A stretch of DNA of 64,000 nucleotides from Laetmonice hystrix (lineage: Eukaryota): assembly GCA_965235115.1 (NCBI GenBank), contig OZ249448.1, positions 7,626,001 to 7,690,000 of the forward strand, in the 5' to 3' direction. Under the pieces are notes generated by a model. It was not told the origin of the DNA, searched no databases, and worked only from the letters and a program-made list of their open reading frames with translations. Both the position numbers and the translations under genes were made by a program. Positions 48,843-62,696 of the stretch are shown piece by piece (positions within the stretch are counted from its first letter, which is position 1; each line of letters opens with the position of its first letter).

Positions 48843-51800
48843 CTACATCTCCTAATATCATCTGTTCTTGTAAGCCGACTCACATTTACAGGTCAAGTGG
48901 CCAACCCTCCCGACCCCCCCCCCCCTTCACAAACATACATATGAGCTGCTCTTCCTTGGAATCCACGTGGTAGTAGTTCCAGGATAAACTTTCACATGCA
49001 TACATAACCATGAAAGATTCAGTCATAACCATTCATTTATATGGACTACCTTTTGTCCACGATATTCATAGATCAACTCCCCCACCATTGGTTTACCATG
49101 CCCTTCACCTACTGAACTCCTAACCTCAATATTGCGCAATAACTAGACCCGTCCAGTTCCATCACCGTGAGGGTATATTCATTTTCTTCCAGGGCCGACT
49201 TTGTTGACAAGCGGGTGTCATTAGGATGGATTAGCTAGGGGTTTAAAGACCCCCCGGGGTGTGGATGGCATGTAGCAGTGTGCCATGGCTGTCTCAGTTT
49301 TCTCACATGAGGTTCACTCAGGTAACGTGTGGACAGGTGAGTTAAGACATTCACATCAATCACAATTACCTCCCCACTTGTCGTACATTTGTTTGAAGGC
49401 CAACCCGTCACCCCAGTACCATCTCTATTCCACCTCACCACAGGTAGGGGGTCTGGGTGGGGTAAGATGTGTATCTGTACATCCACCCGTTCTTGGGAAA
49501 CTACAACCGGCTGCTCAACCTTTCCCGTCCCCAGACTCTCTACCCTTAATCAAGTCAGTGTTCTAACTGTTCCTCCGGAGTAAACTACGCCGAATGATCT
49601 AATACGATTAGAGGGTTTTCACATTTTGTCCAGGTGGTCAGGTGATGACTGAGTTCCTCCGGATGAGTCCTCAACCTATCCGAAGTAACTCGCCGGTCAG
49701 CAGTGCGGGAGGTGGTGATGTCAGATAACTGCGTTCATACAGGTGCCTACACCGAGAGGAGATTTCGGATTAAACCCTCAATGTAAAAGGTGGGGTGTGG
49801 ATGGGTCTCCACCGAGCGGCGGAACCCGCTGCTGCCACCGGCCAATACAAACACCGCCCGCCGTGCCCGCTCCGACCGCCAGCTGGCCTCACTTGCAGCT
49901 GTTTCTGGTTGGAGGGTAAATTTCCGGGCTAATAGCTTGCACCTCGCGCCTAGAGCCAACATGAAAACAGTGCTGCTGTTCCCTGAGACAAAACAAGCTG
50001 AGCTCTGCCCTGCCTGCCAGCGCCCATTTGCCGTGTGGCTATGTTCGGCTGGTATACACACTGGGCTAATTCACACTGGCAGGTCGGGCTTTCCGATTGG
50101 CAGCTGTGAAAATGGAGTCGGGATTGGGACCATGTGGCTGGGGAGCACCGTGAAACACGAGTGAAAATGGAGTGAAAATTTGAGCCACTGCGATGGCGCT
50201 GCCCACCCAGGGTGGCACGCTTGTCCAGGGCCTAGAGCCCTGGCTGGCTGGTAGATCGGGACAAGTGGCCGTCCATGAACTCCCTGATGGGCCTCCTCAC
50301 CAAGCCGCCCGCCGATTGGACAGATGGCTGGGCCAAACCGAGGCAGGTCAGACAGCACTCGGGTTGTTATAACCAGCCCTCAGTTCGCCCTCAGACTTGG
50401 CCAACCTCTCCACCAAACACAACCTGCAGACAGCTGTCAAACAAAAAACACCACCAACACATGTACGCCTGTCAAAAACACCCTTTTTAACACAAGTGTT
50501 TTAAGTATTTCTTCTGAACAAACTACATGGTAGTGGTTAACGGACCAAAAAAACGGGCTAGGTGATGGAGGTCAAACAAAGGCAGTGCTTGAGAAGCACA
50601 GTCTGGGAGTAGATTAGCTGACTCTACAATGAAGTGTCGATCAGAGACTGCTGCCCCGACTGGTCTGGCCATCAGAGCCGCTAAAACAAGCCACTTGTCG
50701 ATGTTGGGTGACATTTGGAGCAAACTTCTCGGGTCAAGTGTAGCCAAGCACCGTACGAGTGGTGAACATGGAGGCTGTTTACACGCCGGCCTTCTGAAAA
50801 ATAGTCAAAATGTTCGCCGCCCTGCCTGACTTGGCTGAGAGCTCTCCTCTAACCCCCTCCTGACCCCCCCCCCCCCCTCCCCGACTCCAGCTCCACAGGC
50901 CCAGATCACCCGGTCCCCTACCCCGGACCAACGCCACCACTTGGAAGTTATCTGGTGTCTGGTCATTATCATTTACCAGCTACTTGGCCCGACAAATAAA
51001 TGACTGCTCCCTGTCACGAGTAATGCCTTTCTCCTGTCACAAATAGCGACTTCTCCCCGGGAATTCACCCAACGGACGACTTTACAAGACTCCATGCTAC
51101 TTCACCTCGAGTTCAAACTTGTCGTGGTACTCGAGTTTTCTTGCTGTGTTTTTGCATGTAAATCGTGCAGTATTATTTCTGGGTGTCTCAGAGACCGGTG
51201 TTTATGGCACCAACAGTTCTGGGAACCGACTCCCTTTGAACAGACAACTTCATCCCTTTTTATGGATGTTCTTAGACTCTCATCCCTGTTCATACGACCC
51301 CTCCGTGATATATACCGGCATAAAAAGGCCTTGATAATCACCGTGTGCGAGGCCCAGTCCGAGGAGATTGGTGCTCCACTATGTGAAAATTGCCACTCCA
51401 GATAAGGACTACACGTTCTCTGCACTCCTTTATAACCACTCCATGCACCGAGCCGTCCGCTCCTGGTTGGGTGTCTGCCGTAATATTTCAGGGTCGTGAA
51501 GACACCACCAGCACACATGTGCCACAATTCTCACCCATAAAAAATACCACCTCAAACCGACTTCATTCTGGATGGATGTCAGTGTAATTTCTCACGCTGC
51601 CTCTTAACGTAATGAAGACTTCCCAATAAAACCAGGCGAGGATGATTTTCTGCCCAGTTGGATAATCCTTGCAGCTTCAATCGCTCCTCGTGCCTTTTTC
51701 TAACAAAGCTCTCATCTCCAAGGAATCATGATTGATTGTAATTGCTTTCAGCCTAAAACCAAACGTCCCCATTGGTAGCAGTCGTACATTTGTCGACTTT

Positions 51801-54742
51801 AAACTGTTTGAGCCGCCTGTCCCGACCCTAGGGACGCAGGGGGTTATAACATAACCCTCCTATACCAATCTATACCCCTCTCCTCACTATTCACGGGTGA
51901 TTTTCATCTCCAGTGTTGATATGAACATATCGTATCTATAATCTGCTATCTTTTTGTACTCTACTGATCTATTGCTCGGCTATACTTGTATCTATAGATG
52001 TCAATAGTAACCGGGCGGTTCTAACTTGTGTCAACCGACCTTTGGACTGGGCATTGACTTTGGCAGGGTGAGAGAGGTAAGTCTGTCTTAGGTACTCACC
52101 TCACGCCGGGGTCGTGGGGTGTGGCCTGAGGTGGGGGTGGGGAGACGCCCACACGGGTGCCATAGATCACCCCTTCCTATCTACCCACCAGCACGCGAGT
52201 TGTCACCACAAGACGACGTGTAGGTATCTTGGGGTCTGTCTGTGTGTTTAGACATGACTGTCTCCATACCATTACCGCCTCCTTATCGGGGGCCGTCTTA
52301 TCACCTCCCATACTACCTCCTCCTCCTCGCATACTACCTCCTCCTGCCCCGGGTTCTTGGGTCTCATAACACAGCCAGGGCGGGTTTATCTTTCAACCGA
52401 TCCCCGTATCTCTGTCGGCGGTTCATAATTCGTGAAATGCACAATTTGTCTGGATGTTATCTGGTCTGTGTTCTGTGTCGTGCTGTGGTTGTCAGTACCA
52501 CAGCCGTCAGTGCCACTCAAACCACGGTTATCTACGTGTTATCTGTGTACACAGAACTGACAACTCCTGCCGGCGGTGTACCTGTAATTGGAGGTATACG
52601 ATAAGGGCCATACCTGCCTGTCTGACTCAATCACAACAATAATCACATAGATCCCTAAACGGCTTCAAGCAAGGTTTTTACACTGAGTGTTGAGACGGAC
52701 ATGATGTCAAACTTTCTGTCAATCCTTATTACTCCAATAATAGAGGCCAACGTGTGAGGTTCAATGTTTCTCCTAACGTGGAGATAGAGGATGATCTGTA
52801 TTGGGTCTAGCTGGCATTCGTCCTGACAGCCCTCAGTACAGAACACGTTATTCAGGAACCATTCCCACACAACACCTTGCCAGGCCAATCACGCTCAGTC
52901 CCGGGATTTCCCGGTATTTCCGGTACGATAGTAATTATCACTCAGCCTCAGCATCCTGGGAAATGTACAACTCATGTCAACCTCAAATACATTATCAACA
53001 GGGCCCTATTTAAACTCTATTTGTAATAATGTTTTCATTCTGTATGTGTATTTGTGAATGGACCGTGTGTCTAAAGTATACGAGGAGGCTCAGGTGCACG
53101 GCCTTCCAGTTTCTGTCAGACATTTTCCACTTAATCGATGTGGAGCGACTATCTGAGACCTGTCATTGAGGCTGATAATCTACACTAGCCGTTACTGGTT
53201 TAACGTTTCGGATAATCCACTCACAGATAAACCGGATGCATTACAGCAAAAGGTTCATGAACTCAGGTGGATTATCTACCAGGCTGGCAGGTGTTAATCC
53301 CCTAATCCCATATCAATGGGTAGGATTTCTATAAATACTGCTGTCCTGTTATGCATGTATCCAGTAGCTGGCAAGGTTCGTGTTTTATTTATTGACTCCC
53401 ATCAAGCAGGCGCTGGGCGAACCCCTCTGTCTGATAGCTCAGTGTGGACCCCCTGCTGCCACAGACCACACAGACTCGACACCCAACTCACTGATAGTCT
53501 TACTGGAAATATTTACCCACGGATATAAATATTGGTAACGACTACATCACAACCATCTTGACCTACATGGATCACAACGAGACAAAATAGTTCTCTTCAC
53601 TTAAGGGGGGACTTGTACGGTGCTCGGCCTTCGTATTGGTCAGCGTTGGCAAGCTCAACTGATACGATCCCAGCTTGAATGTCTATATTAGTTTAGGCCT
53701 CCTTCACTAACACGTTGCACAACTGTTCTTTTCTTACAAGTGTGCAATTTATGTTTGTTATAGATAAGGTACAACAATATGTCAGTTAGTGTTACGGGAG
53801 CGAAGGTGTCGGCGCTTACTGTATGTACAGTAAATGCCAGCACCTGGCTCCGGTTCCGGCAGGCAGATTCCGCTTTTTGACAACGCTGCCAAAACTGTAA
53901 TCGTGTTGCTAATCTGACGTTACTCGAGCTTCGACCTGTTTTTTTCTGTCCACGTTACATCAACAAAACAAACGCCCTCCAAGAGGACTCTAGTTTCTGC
54001 CGACCCATGAATAGCGTTCTGAAAACCACACAACTTTACGCTGACATGAACAATCTGCACGCAGTGCCAGTCTGGCATTTGTGCGTAAGCTTCTTTTTTT
54101 GCTTGGATTGCTCTTGTATAAGTTGTTCTTTTTAACTCCCCCCTGACATATTTATTTTCTCCACCCAATGTCATATTATGAATACTTGGTCAGCAGTAGA
54201 CGCGGCGGTACTTCTTTACCGCAAGGGTTATTATTATCAAACGTCTGCTTCCGGAGGTAATCAGACCGCACAGGTGGCGCCACTGTACGTTGCCTGTACG
54301 TTGCCTCCAGTGAAAGCCACCTTTTGAGTTAAACGCTTATGACATAAGAAGCCGGTAAGTGCCGATAGCGTTAGGTAAGGTTACATGTACTGTCAGAGAG
54401 AACACCTCGAGCCCTATGTATGTATGCAGGCCTCCCGGGAGCTAACATCTCCAGTTCCCGTGCCCGTCGTTTTTCCCCAAGCCGACACAATGTCCTTACA
54501 GGTCAGTGGAACATGGCAAGGGCCAGTGCCAAAACTAACGGTACTTTCGGCTAACACAACACTCTTGCCTCCTCGGCAGACGTAAAATCTCTGCCAATAA
54601 CCTCTCTAATACTCTGAGGCTTTCCGCTCAACCTGCTGTTACATTGGCCCTGTGAGGACTTCCTTGTATTCCAACTGTTTTATATCCGGAGCCTTGGGTT
54701 ACCATCAGTCAAACTCTAGCTTACTCCACCCCCTCACCGACC

Positions 54743-55394
54743 CTGTTCCGGCTAGATACGTCCGAACGGCTAGTTATGTCCGATAGGAGATATGTCCGCA
54801 AACATCAGCTAGATATGTCCGAAGAAATGGATATGTCCGCAAATATCAGCTAGATGTGTCCGGTACCGGACACATCTAGCTGACATTTGCGGACATATCC
54901 AGATTACCGGACATATCTAGCTGACATTTGCGGACATATCTCCTATCGGATTACCGGACACATCCAGCTGGGGAACTACCTACTAGTCCGGGGGGGGGGG
55001 GACTAGTCCGAGGGTTCACTAGTCCGAAGTTGACAGTAGGCAATGGCAGGGGAACATGGGGCAAATAGGGGGTTAACCTCAGGGGGGCGTTAGTCCGACC
55101 AACGAGACTAGACAGTCTGTCTAGTCTCGTTGGTCCGACAGCCCAGTGGTGCGACAGACCAATCCCCTATATGGGTTAGAGTTAAGGTTAGGTTTAGGGT
55201 TAGTTATATTTGGTTTTTGGGTTAGGGTTGCCTATTGCCAACTTCGGACTAGTGAACCCTCGGACTAGTGAACTTTCGGACTAGTGAACCCTACCCTCTA
55301 GTTGATATTTGCGGACATATCCGGGTTACCGGACATATCTAGCTGATATTTTCGGACATATATCCTCTCGGACATAACTATCTAGCCGGAACAG
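54743..55394. mobile_element. Non-autonomous foldback/MITE-like DNA element containing a second nested inverted-repeat element
   Basis: 16-bp perfect terminal IR ctgttccggctagata/tatctagccggaacag within about 100-bp imperfect arms; ACC flanks both ends. Inner IRs gggttcactagtccgaagttg/caacttcggactagtgaaccc. No coding capacity. Confidence 0.75.
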
Positions 55395-56278
55395 ACCCTC
55401 ATCTGTATTTTCCTCACCAGTTCGTCAGCCGCATTCAATATTTTTGTTCCTTCACCAAAAAACCAGCCACCTCACCAGGAAGCAATTTGCCACCGCCGCC
55501 TTCGCCCCCATCCCTGCCCTGGCCTACCCCTGCGAGGCCATCTTTCCCCGTCATAAATCAGTAAAACTAAGATTTGTCGGTCTGGCAACTGGTCTTAATG
55601 GACTCCTGACCTTTACGTGGCAGCACTATTACACCAACTGTGTGACCTATCAAGGGGAGCCGTGATGAATCGCTACTTCAAAGTGGGCAGGATCCTGGAG
55701 CGACTTACAGGTCTGGGAGCAGGCCCATACTGACCTACTCCCTCCCTGCCATTACCATTGTAATTTGTATCCTCCTACTGCACAGTTCCAGACCTCCTTA
55801 TGAAAACAACATGTGAGGAAACATGCCGCAACGGCTGAGTGATCACTACCACCTTTGATATAGTTCAGTCGTGTGACATTGACACCAACCACAATCTGAA
55901 CCAGTCTGAGTCACCTCTGGGTACATTGGACGCAGGTGTAACCACGCCTTTCTGACTACACTCTCCCTATAATCAGGTGTCTGAATTCGCTAACATTTAC
56001 CACAGCCTTCTGGTACAAAACGCGAAATCAGCTGCTTGCTGTGGGCCTGAGAGAGCTTCGCAGTTCAGTACTTCAGAATTCTGGCATAAAAACACAGCCA
56101 GGGCAATAAAGTAATACTTTCCTCACGTTCAAAGGTCAAGGGTTTCCGTACCCCCCTTTAGAAGCCAATGGGGTGGCTTATAATGGGTAGATTAGTAAGG
56201 AGGGGGTAATCTCTTAACGATCACCCCCTGCGTCCCAGACCGCCCTGCTAGCCCCGACCACAAACAGTGTATCAGGCC

Positions 56279-56740
56279 GTTTGGAGCTGTAAGCTCAGTG
56301 TGGTCATAAGGTTGCTAGGTGTGTGTTTGGAGCTGTAAGCTCAGTGTGGTCATACGGTTTCTAGGTGTGTGTTTGGAGCTGTAAGCTCAGTGTGGTCATA
56401 AGGTTGCTAGGTGTGTGTTTGGAGCTGTAAGCTCAGTGTGGTCATAAGGTTGCTAGGTGTGTGTTTGGAGCTGTAAGCTCAGTGTGGTCATAAGGTTGCT
56501 AGGTGTGTGTTTGGAGCTGTAAGCTCAGTGTGGTCATAAGGTTGCTAGGTGTGTGTTTGGAGCTGTAAGCTCAGTGTGGTCATAAGGTTGCTAGGTGTGT
56601 GTTTGGAGCTGTAAGCTCAGTGTGGTCATAAGGTTGCTAGGTGTGTGTTTGGAGCTGTAAGCTCAGTGTGGTCATAAGGTTGCTAGGTGTGTGTTTGGAG
56701 CTGTAAGCTCAGTGTGGTCATAAGGTTGCTAGGTGTGTGT
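56279..56740. repeat. Minisatellite, 46-bp unit, 10 copies
   Basis: Unit gtttggagctgtaagctcagtgtggtcataaggttgctaggtgtgt. Confidence 0.95.
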
Positions 56741-56887
56741 CAACAGGAAACAACAGCCACACACGGCCACCACACGTGTATATTTGCCCACGTCGGTACT
56801 GGCGAGGACCCGGGTTATTGGGGCGGCCCAGGGTGAAGGTCACAGGGCTGGCGGTCTCTCGGACTACTTGGACAACTACAGCCCGGG

Positions 56888-57157
56888 GTAGGTGGGGGGG
56901 TATTTGGGGTTTTACGCCTTGCAACAGCCAGGGTCATATCACGGCGGTGAAGATGATGATGAAAGTCAGTTTTTCTTGGTGGAGGAAACCGGAGTGCCCG
57001 GAGAAAACCACCGACCTTCGGGAAGGAACTGACTGACAAACCTTTCACACATGCAGCCCTGGCCGGGGATCGAACCCGGACCGCAGCGGTGTGAGGCGAT
57101 GGTCCTATATAGGTGTCATGAGCCAGCACCTTTGACCACTCGGCCACCCGAGGCCCC
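56888..57157 (-). mobile_element. tRNA-derived SINE with a V-SINE-like central domain and 12-bp target-site duplication
   Basis: On minus: A box gtggccgagtgg, B box gggttcgatccc (57066-57077) and ggttttctccgggcactccggtttcctcc (about 56981-57010). ctacagcccggg occurs at 56876-56887 and 57158-57169. Confidence 0.85.
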
Positions 57158-57792
57158 CTACAGCCCGGGTCAGCGTACATTCCTCCACGCAGACCGTTGA
57201 CTGACTCAAGGAGTTTAGTGGGTGACACTTACTCCTGGGGGTTGGCCAAGACAATTACAGCCCAAACCGTGTGTCCTTCAGGCTGCCTCCCCTCTCATTG
57301 CCAAGTATACACGGTCTACACTCGACTTGGTGTGGTAACATCAATGTCTACTGGATTATTGTCATCTCAAAACTTACAACTTTGATATGTCCTAACTCCT
57401 TTTCCGAGGGCTCGTTTTTTCTCTAAGCCTTGCTTCCCACGATTACTAACTTCATCATGTCAAATTTACACTTGGAATATTTCTGCCTGTTCCCTCAAAC
57501 ACTGTGGCCCACTTGTCGCACTGTCACACAAAGATGCCTTATGTACAAACCTCCCCTGTTTCGTACATGCCTTCACATAGCCTGAGGCCACCCCTAACTC
57601 CCCATTCCCTTGTATCATCCCATATAATCTGCCCTGCCCACTTCCCTCCCCCAGGCCCCTGTAATTACAAAGTCCCCATGTTTTTTCCCGGATGAATGTA
57701 TCAATACGATTGTTGGTTGTAGCAATGATTAACAGTCCCTGAACACAACATACACCTTTGAAGGTCTCCGCTCGCCAAGCGGGACGTGTGTG

Positions 57793-57863
57793 TGAGGGCA
57801 TGAGTTATCAGCACACATAACGAGTAATGAGATGTCGAGTTGGCGCGTACCTCTACCATAATG
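57793..57863 (+). repeat. 71-bp exact dispersed direct repeat, copy 1
   Basis: Identical to 59145-59215. Confidence 0.9.
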
Positions 57864-59144
57864 GTCCTGACAAGGGGCGGGTAGCACAACGGGCGGATGT
57901 TTACGAGTTTACGACATGCCCCTCAAAATGTCCCTTCTTCAAACTCCCCACCGCCATCTCTATGGGAGGTGGGCCACTTTTTGTGTAGACACCTGCTGTG
58001 TGGGACAATAGTTGCGGGGGGCACCTGCCCCCTCCCCCCGTCACCAGACTCTACGGGGGACCAAACAGTACTGGCAGTAAACTGTGGCGCTTACACGAAC
58101 CTCGTCTTGGAACAATCACCTCGTCTTGGGGGGTATCTAGTCAAGTCGAGTTTCATCCACAGTAATTTGTCCATTGACTGTGACCTTTACTGCTCCATGT
58201 CACTGTTGCATATATAACAAGTCAAAATCTCCCACCATCATTGGGAGAATATGCCCTACGAGAAAAACACAGGCTAGTGATGTAAGCATTTGTTCTGAAA
58301 CCTTCGATACAATCCATTTTACAGCGACTCCCGCCTGGGTCGCTTCACTGATCACACACATCACTTTTATCAACTTTCTTCACACTAAGTTCTCACCCTG
58401 TGGCCTGGAGTTAATACGATATCTAAACGGACCCAATCTGTTTCTAATCCCGGCACATTCTAGCTGTGATGGGCCACTGTTTGTTTCTGCTGACTCTAAT
58501 CGAAGTCCCTTGGGTGCTAATTAAGCAGTAATTAGCTGCAGCCACTCTGTGTTGTTTTAACCGCCGAGGGAATGTCAGACTTGTTTACCCTATTCAAGTC
58601 TGTCTACAGGAGCAGGGGTTGCGAATTCTCCTATCAGTGCCCACACGTCAAACAGACTGCAATCCATTAAAGGCCCAAGTGTGACTCCTATCTCAGATTA
58701 ACGTTAGATAAACATACATACCACCTGAAGTTACAAACAGCAACCAGCCGTGTCCCTCAACCTCCTCCCTCCCCTCAACACTCCTCGTGAACTTTACCCT
58801 GACCTAATGTAGGAACCCCTCCCACGTACACCCGAGTTACATTGCCCCTCAATCGTTGTCCCTGTGATGGCTGAGTCTCGGCCCGGATTGATCCAAGATT
58901 TCAGGAACTCCTGACGCGAGGAGAGACGGACAGTTGTATAAGTGCTCCATTTAATAACAAATCCGACTTTTATCTCTGCCTTGTACAATAAACCCGGCCA
59001 GTACCCAATCTTTACTGATCAACCCTCTCATAACAACATCCCCTGGTGGGGACACTTCAGGCTCTGCCCTCCCTCCACCGGGTGGGAGGGATGACAAGAC
59101 ACGCCACACGGGACCAATGTCTGGGATCTACCTCCATCCCCGCA

Positions 59145-59215
59145 TGAGGGCATGAGTTATCAGCACACATAACGAGTAATGAGATGTCGAGTTGGCGCGT
59201 ACCTCTACCATAATG
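59145..59215 (+). repeat. 71-bp exact dispersed direct repeat, copy 2
   Basis: Identical to 57793-57863. Confidence 0.9.
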
Positions 59216-62200
59216 TGGCATCCCCGCCCCGCCACCGTCTCCCATGTCCTCATCAAATCACTCGCCGACTCATTACTGACACGTTACCGAGCCCGCCACA
59301 CCAATTGGTCGTCTCTAATGTTCTATAATCTAATCGTAAGATAACGTAATGTGGCCCGGGGCTGACCGTCATTACAGGTTACGTAATGGACGGCAGCCTC
59401 GCCTCGGGACGACGGTTGATTACATGGAATCGGTTAGACGACGAGCTGTGGTATAGGAACGGTAGACTCCTCACGGCTCTGTGATCTGATCACAACACAC
59501 AGATCTCTCACAACACACAGACCTCCACGCCTCGGACGGTATCGCTAACACTACCTAAACTACAGGTAAACTGACAATATCATGGTTAACAACCAGGAAA
59601 ACGGAAGGGACAGGAAAACGTCGGATTCCTCCCCACAGCTGTCATCTATGGCACACTTTGTCGTTATCACAACCTTCATATTATTCCTATATATAATCCG
59701 TCATTTGACATTTTGATTATTTGGCTAGCCTAAATATCCAGTAGATTTGTTAAGTCCTGAAACCAATGCGCTTTATCCCTTGTAAAAATACACACTGCAT
59801 ACAGCATAACAAGGATTTAAATTCGTTGTGTAGCCCACCTGTATTCATAGCGCCTGATGTTCACCTTCCTGTTACGGTAATCCACTTCCCGTGCCACTGA
59901 GGTAATCCCTCAAAGTAATCCTTCCAGATTGACAGTGACTTTTAGTTCTGACGACCGTCTCCTGTCTCATCAACAGGGGGCGCTCCGACTATTCCCGTGA
60001 CAGAACTATGCGAGTCTGACTGAAGCGGTCGGTGCCTCCTGACTGGGGCATCAACACGAGCCGAGTTCTAACATGGTCAACTCTTGTTGTTCCTCCTGTG
60101 TGCCTGCTGGCTGGAGGAGTTGAAACCTCCGCCAGACCATCTGGCACTGCACGCCAGCACAGCAGCAGAAACAGCCGCAGCCTCCGCCCCTCCTACACAC
60201 GGTGGGTCTTATCTCCCTCCAGGGCCGACAGAATGATTCTGAAAATGACTCGGCTATCTGCAAGCACGTGTAGGTCGTTATACCTGTGGCTGAACCCATC
60301 GCCAGAATCACAGACCTCGATAAGCCCGGCCTCTCCCTGCCCTCGCCTCCTCAAGTCGGTCCCCTTGACGAAGGTCACTTTGCCCGACAAATGACGCCCT
60401 TCGAGGGCCTGCTCCCCTTGGGCGTACTATCGGAGAACCCTCTTCATCCAGATTAACCAACACGACCACCGCGGATAGACAGATGATAAGGGTACAGATT
60501 AACATAATCCCATGATCATCCGGCCAGATGTCTGACACTCAAGATCCCATCCCCCTGCCCATTCCAGCATGGAGGTCCTCCGCCAACTGCCCCTGGTCTC
60601 CTCACCGACCAACCAGCAACCCCTCAGGAATGCCAGGCCAAAGGGGGAACTTATCGCTGACCCCTTCAGTTGCTTATTAAGAGGAGGGGGGGGGGGTCAC
60701 CCTGTGAAAGGAGGTGGGTTCACTAGGGGTGGCCCTGGGAGTAGTTGATCTTACCAGCTTGCCACGTCTTACTCTGGCTATCAGTGGCGTCCTGTAGCGC
60801 CTCCTGCTGGCCATGTAACCAGTGAAGACGTGTTGGAATTGAGGAAACTGCGCCGCGCTTCCATCCTAGAGGTGTTTAGATACTCTCACAATGAGATAAT
60901 GCTCCCGGTATTCTCCACCTCTCCACTGGAGGTGTGGCGCGGACAACTGACGCTTGTGGTGTGAATGTGGGGAATCCATCACTGACTGCTTGGTGCCAAC
61001 TCCAGCTGGGACAGGAAGGGTCCCTACTGGTGTCTCTGTCAACGCCTCCACCACCATCCAACCCAATACAACACGGCTCTCCACTCCTTAAACACATCAT
61101 CTCAAGATGGAAATACCCGATGAACATTTCCGTGCCACAGTACCAGTTCTTCCCATCCACATTCCACAGATACCTGATGTTAATTGTCATAACTCGTACG
61201 GTTCACACCATCGACCTGCCCCGTGGAGAGAACCCCATCTCTCCGCTTTGCTTTCATTCCTTGCTCATATTGATGGAGGCTGAACCCGGGGTCTGGTCTC
61301 GTTGATCTTACCGGCCCCCTGTCCTGTCTATTTAACTGGTTCCCCTCTCATCTCCCCAGGCCCCGCCAACCGCCTTCAAACTGGTCGTGACGTCAGTCTC
61401 TAAGGAACAGCAGGCGAGGTCAATGAGCTGACCTGGAATTGCCCCGGGCCGTGTTCCATTTGACCTGGGACAGTACCTCGCCCTACTGGAGGTCTGGGCA
61501 GGCAGGGCCGCCCCTTGCGTTTCCTGCTGATTCCAGACAAATTTGCACCTCGACGCGGGGCTAATGACAGATGCCTTTCTCCGCGGGCCGGTGGCTGGGC
61601 CGGGAACCCCTGGCGGCTGATACCGAGCAGCTGTGGGAGAGTTTTCACGTAGACAGACAACGGCACAAAGGACCATGGACCTTCCCTGCCCACGACCCTA
61701 AAATAAGGCTTCTCAAATTTGTTAAAGGCAACTGTCTTCATGTCTGCAGGCTGCCCTTCCTGAATAGACTCGTCACTTGAGTCTTTACAAGGTGTGAAGT
61801 ATGGTGAAGGGTGCTCTAAGACTTTTCAATATAATTATTAATAGCGCTAGGTTCTTCCCATCTTGTGATGTGGCTATAAGTAGTCCACAATGTTTGTATG
61901 GATGACCTGTTAGTCTTCACCCATACCCATACGGAATTTACCACTAAACTGGGCCTAACAACCAACACCGGATTATCCCCTCCCCTCGACCGAACCAACA
62001 TGTTCACGAGGGATTATCACCCAGGGATCAACGACGGATCAGGGATCAGATCCCCGTTACAGTTGGTGTCTATGCTGTTCCTGTTTGCCCTAACTCGCTG
62101 CCTTTGCCGAGTGTATTTATCCAACCACAATAGCAGAGGTCTGTTTCCAGCCCACCTCGGCTGGTGGTCCTGGCGCTCCACGAGGCTGTGTCTTGGACCA

Positions 62201-62696
62201 GCACATCGACTTGTAATATTGACTGACCTCTCTCACAGATATACGTCCCAGTCAGTAGATAGACATCATCATAACGCACAAAGCCAATACCCCGTTCTTC
62301 ATATATCCACCCGTGTTTATGACAACGTTAGTAGTTTTGCAAGGACTGCTAAGTGGCAGAGCTAAGAGCCTTGGACAGCAATGCTTCTGGCCCAGGTGGA
62401 AGTCATCCTGGCTTGCGTAAACACCGCTCATGTGGGCTTAATCAGGCCTTGCCATTCCCCACTGAGATGCAGGAGAAGTTGTGATGCCTACCTCCGGTCC
62501 GACCTGCTGTGTCAGTCTGACAGCAATTTGTCCCTCTGTCTCTGTGCCACTTGTTTATCCCCCACCCGCGATCTCTGGGCTCACCCAATAAACAAAGTCC
62601 ACCTCAGCACCAAATGAACCTCGTCCGCCAACAAGCATTACACACATTATTCCATTTTTGTGGGAAATGAAAACCAAAAGGTTCTTACCCGAGGAT

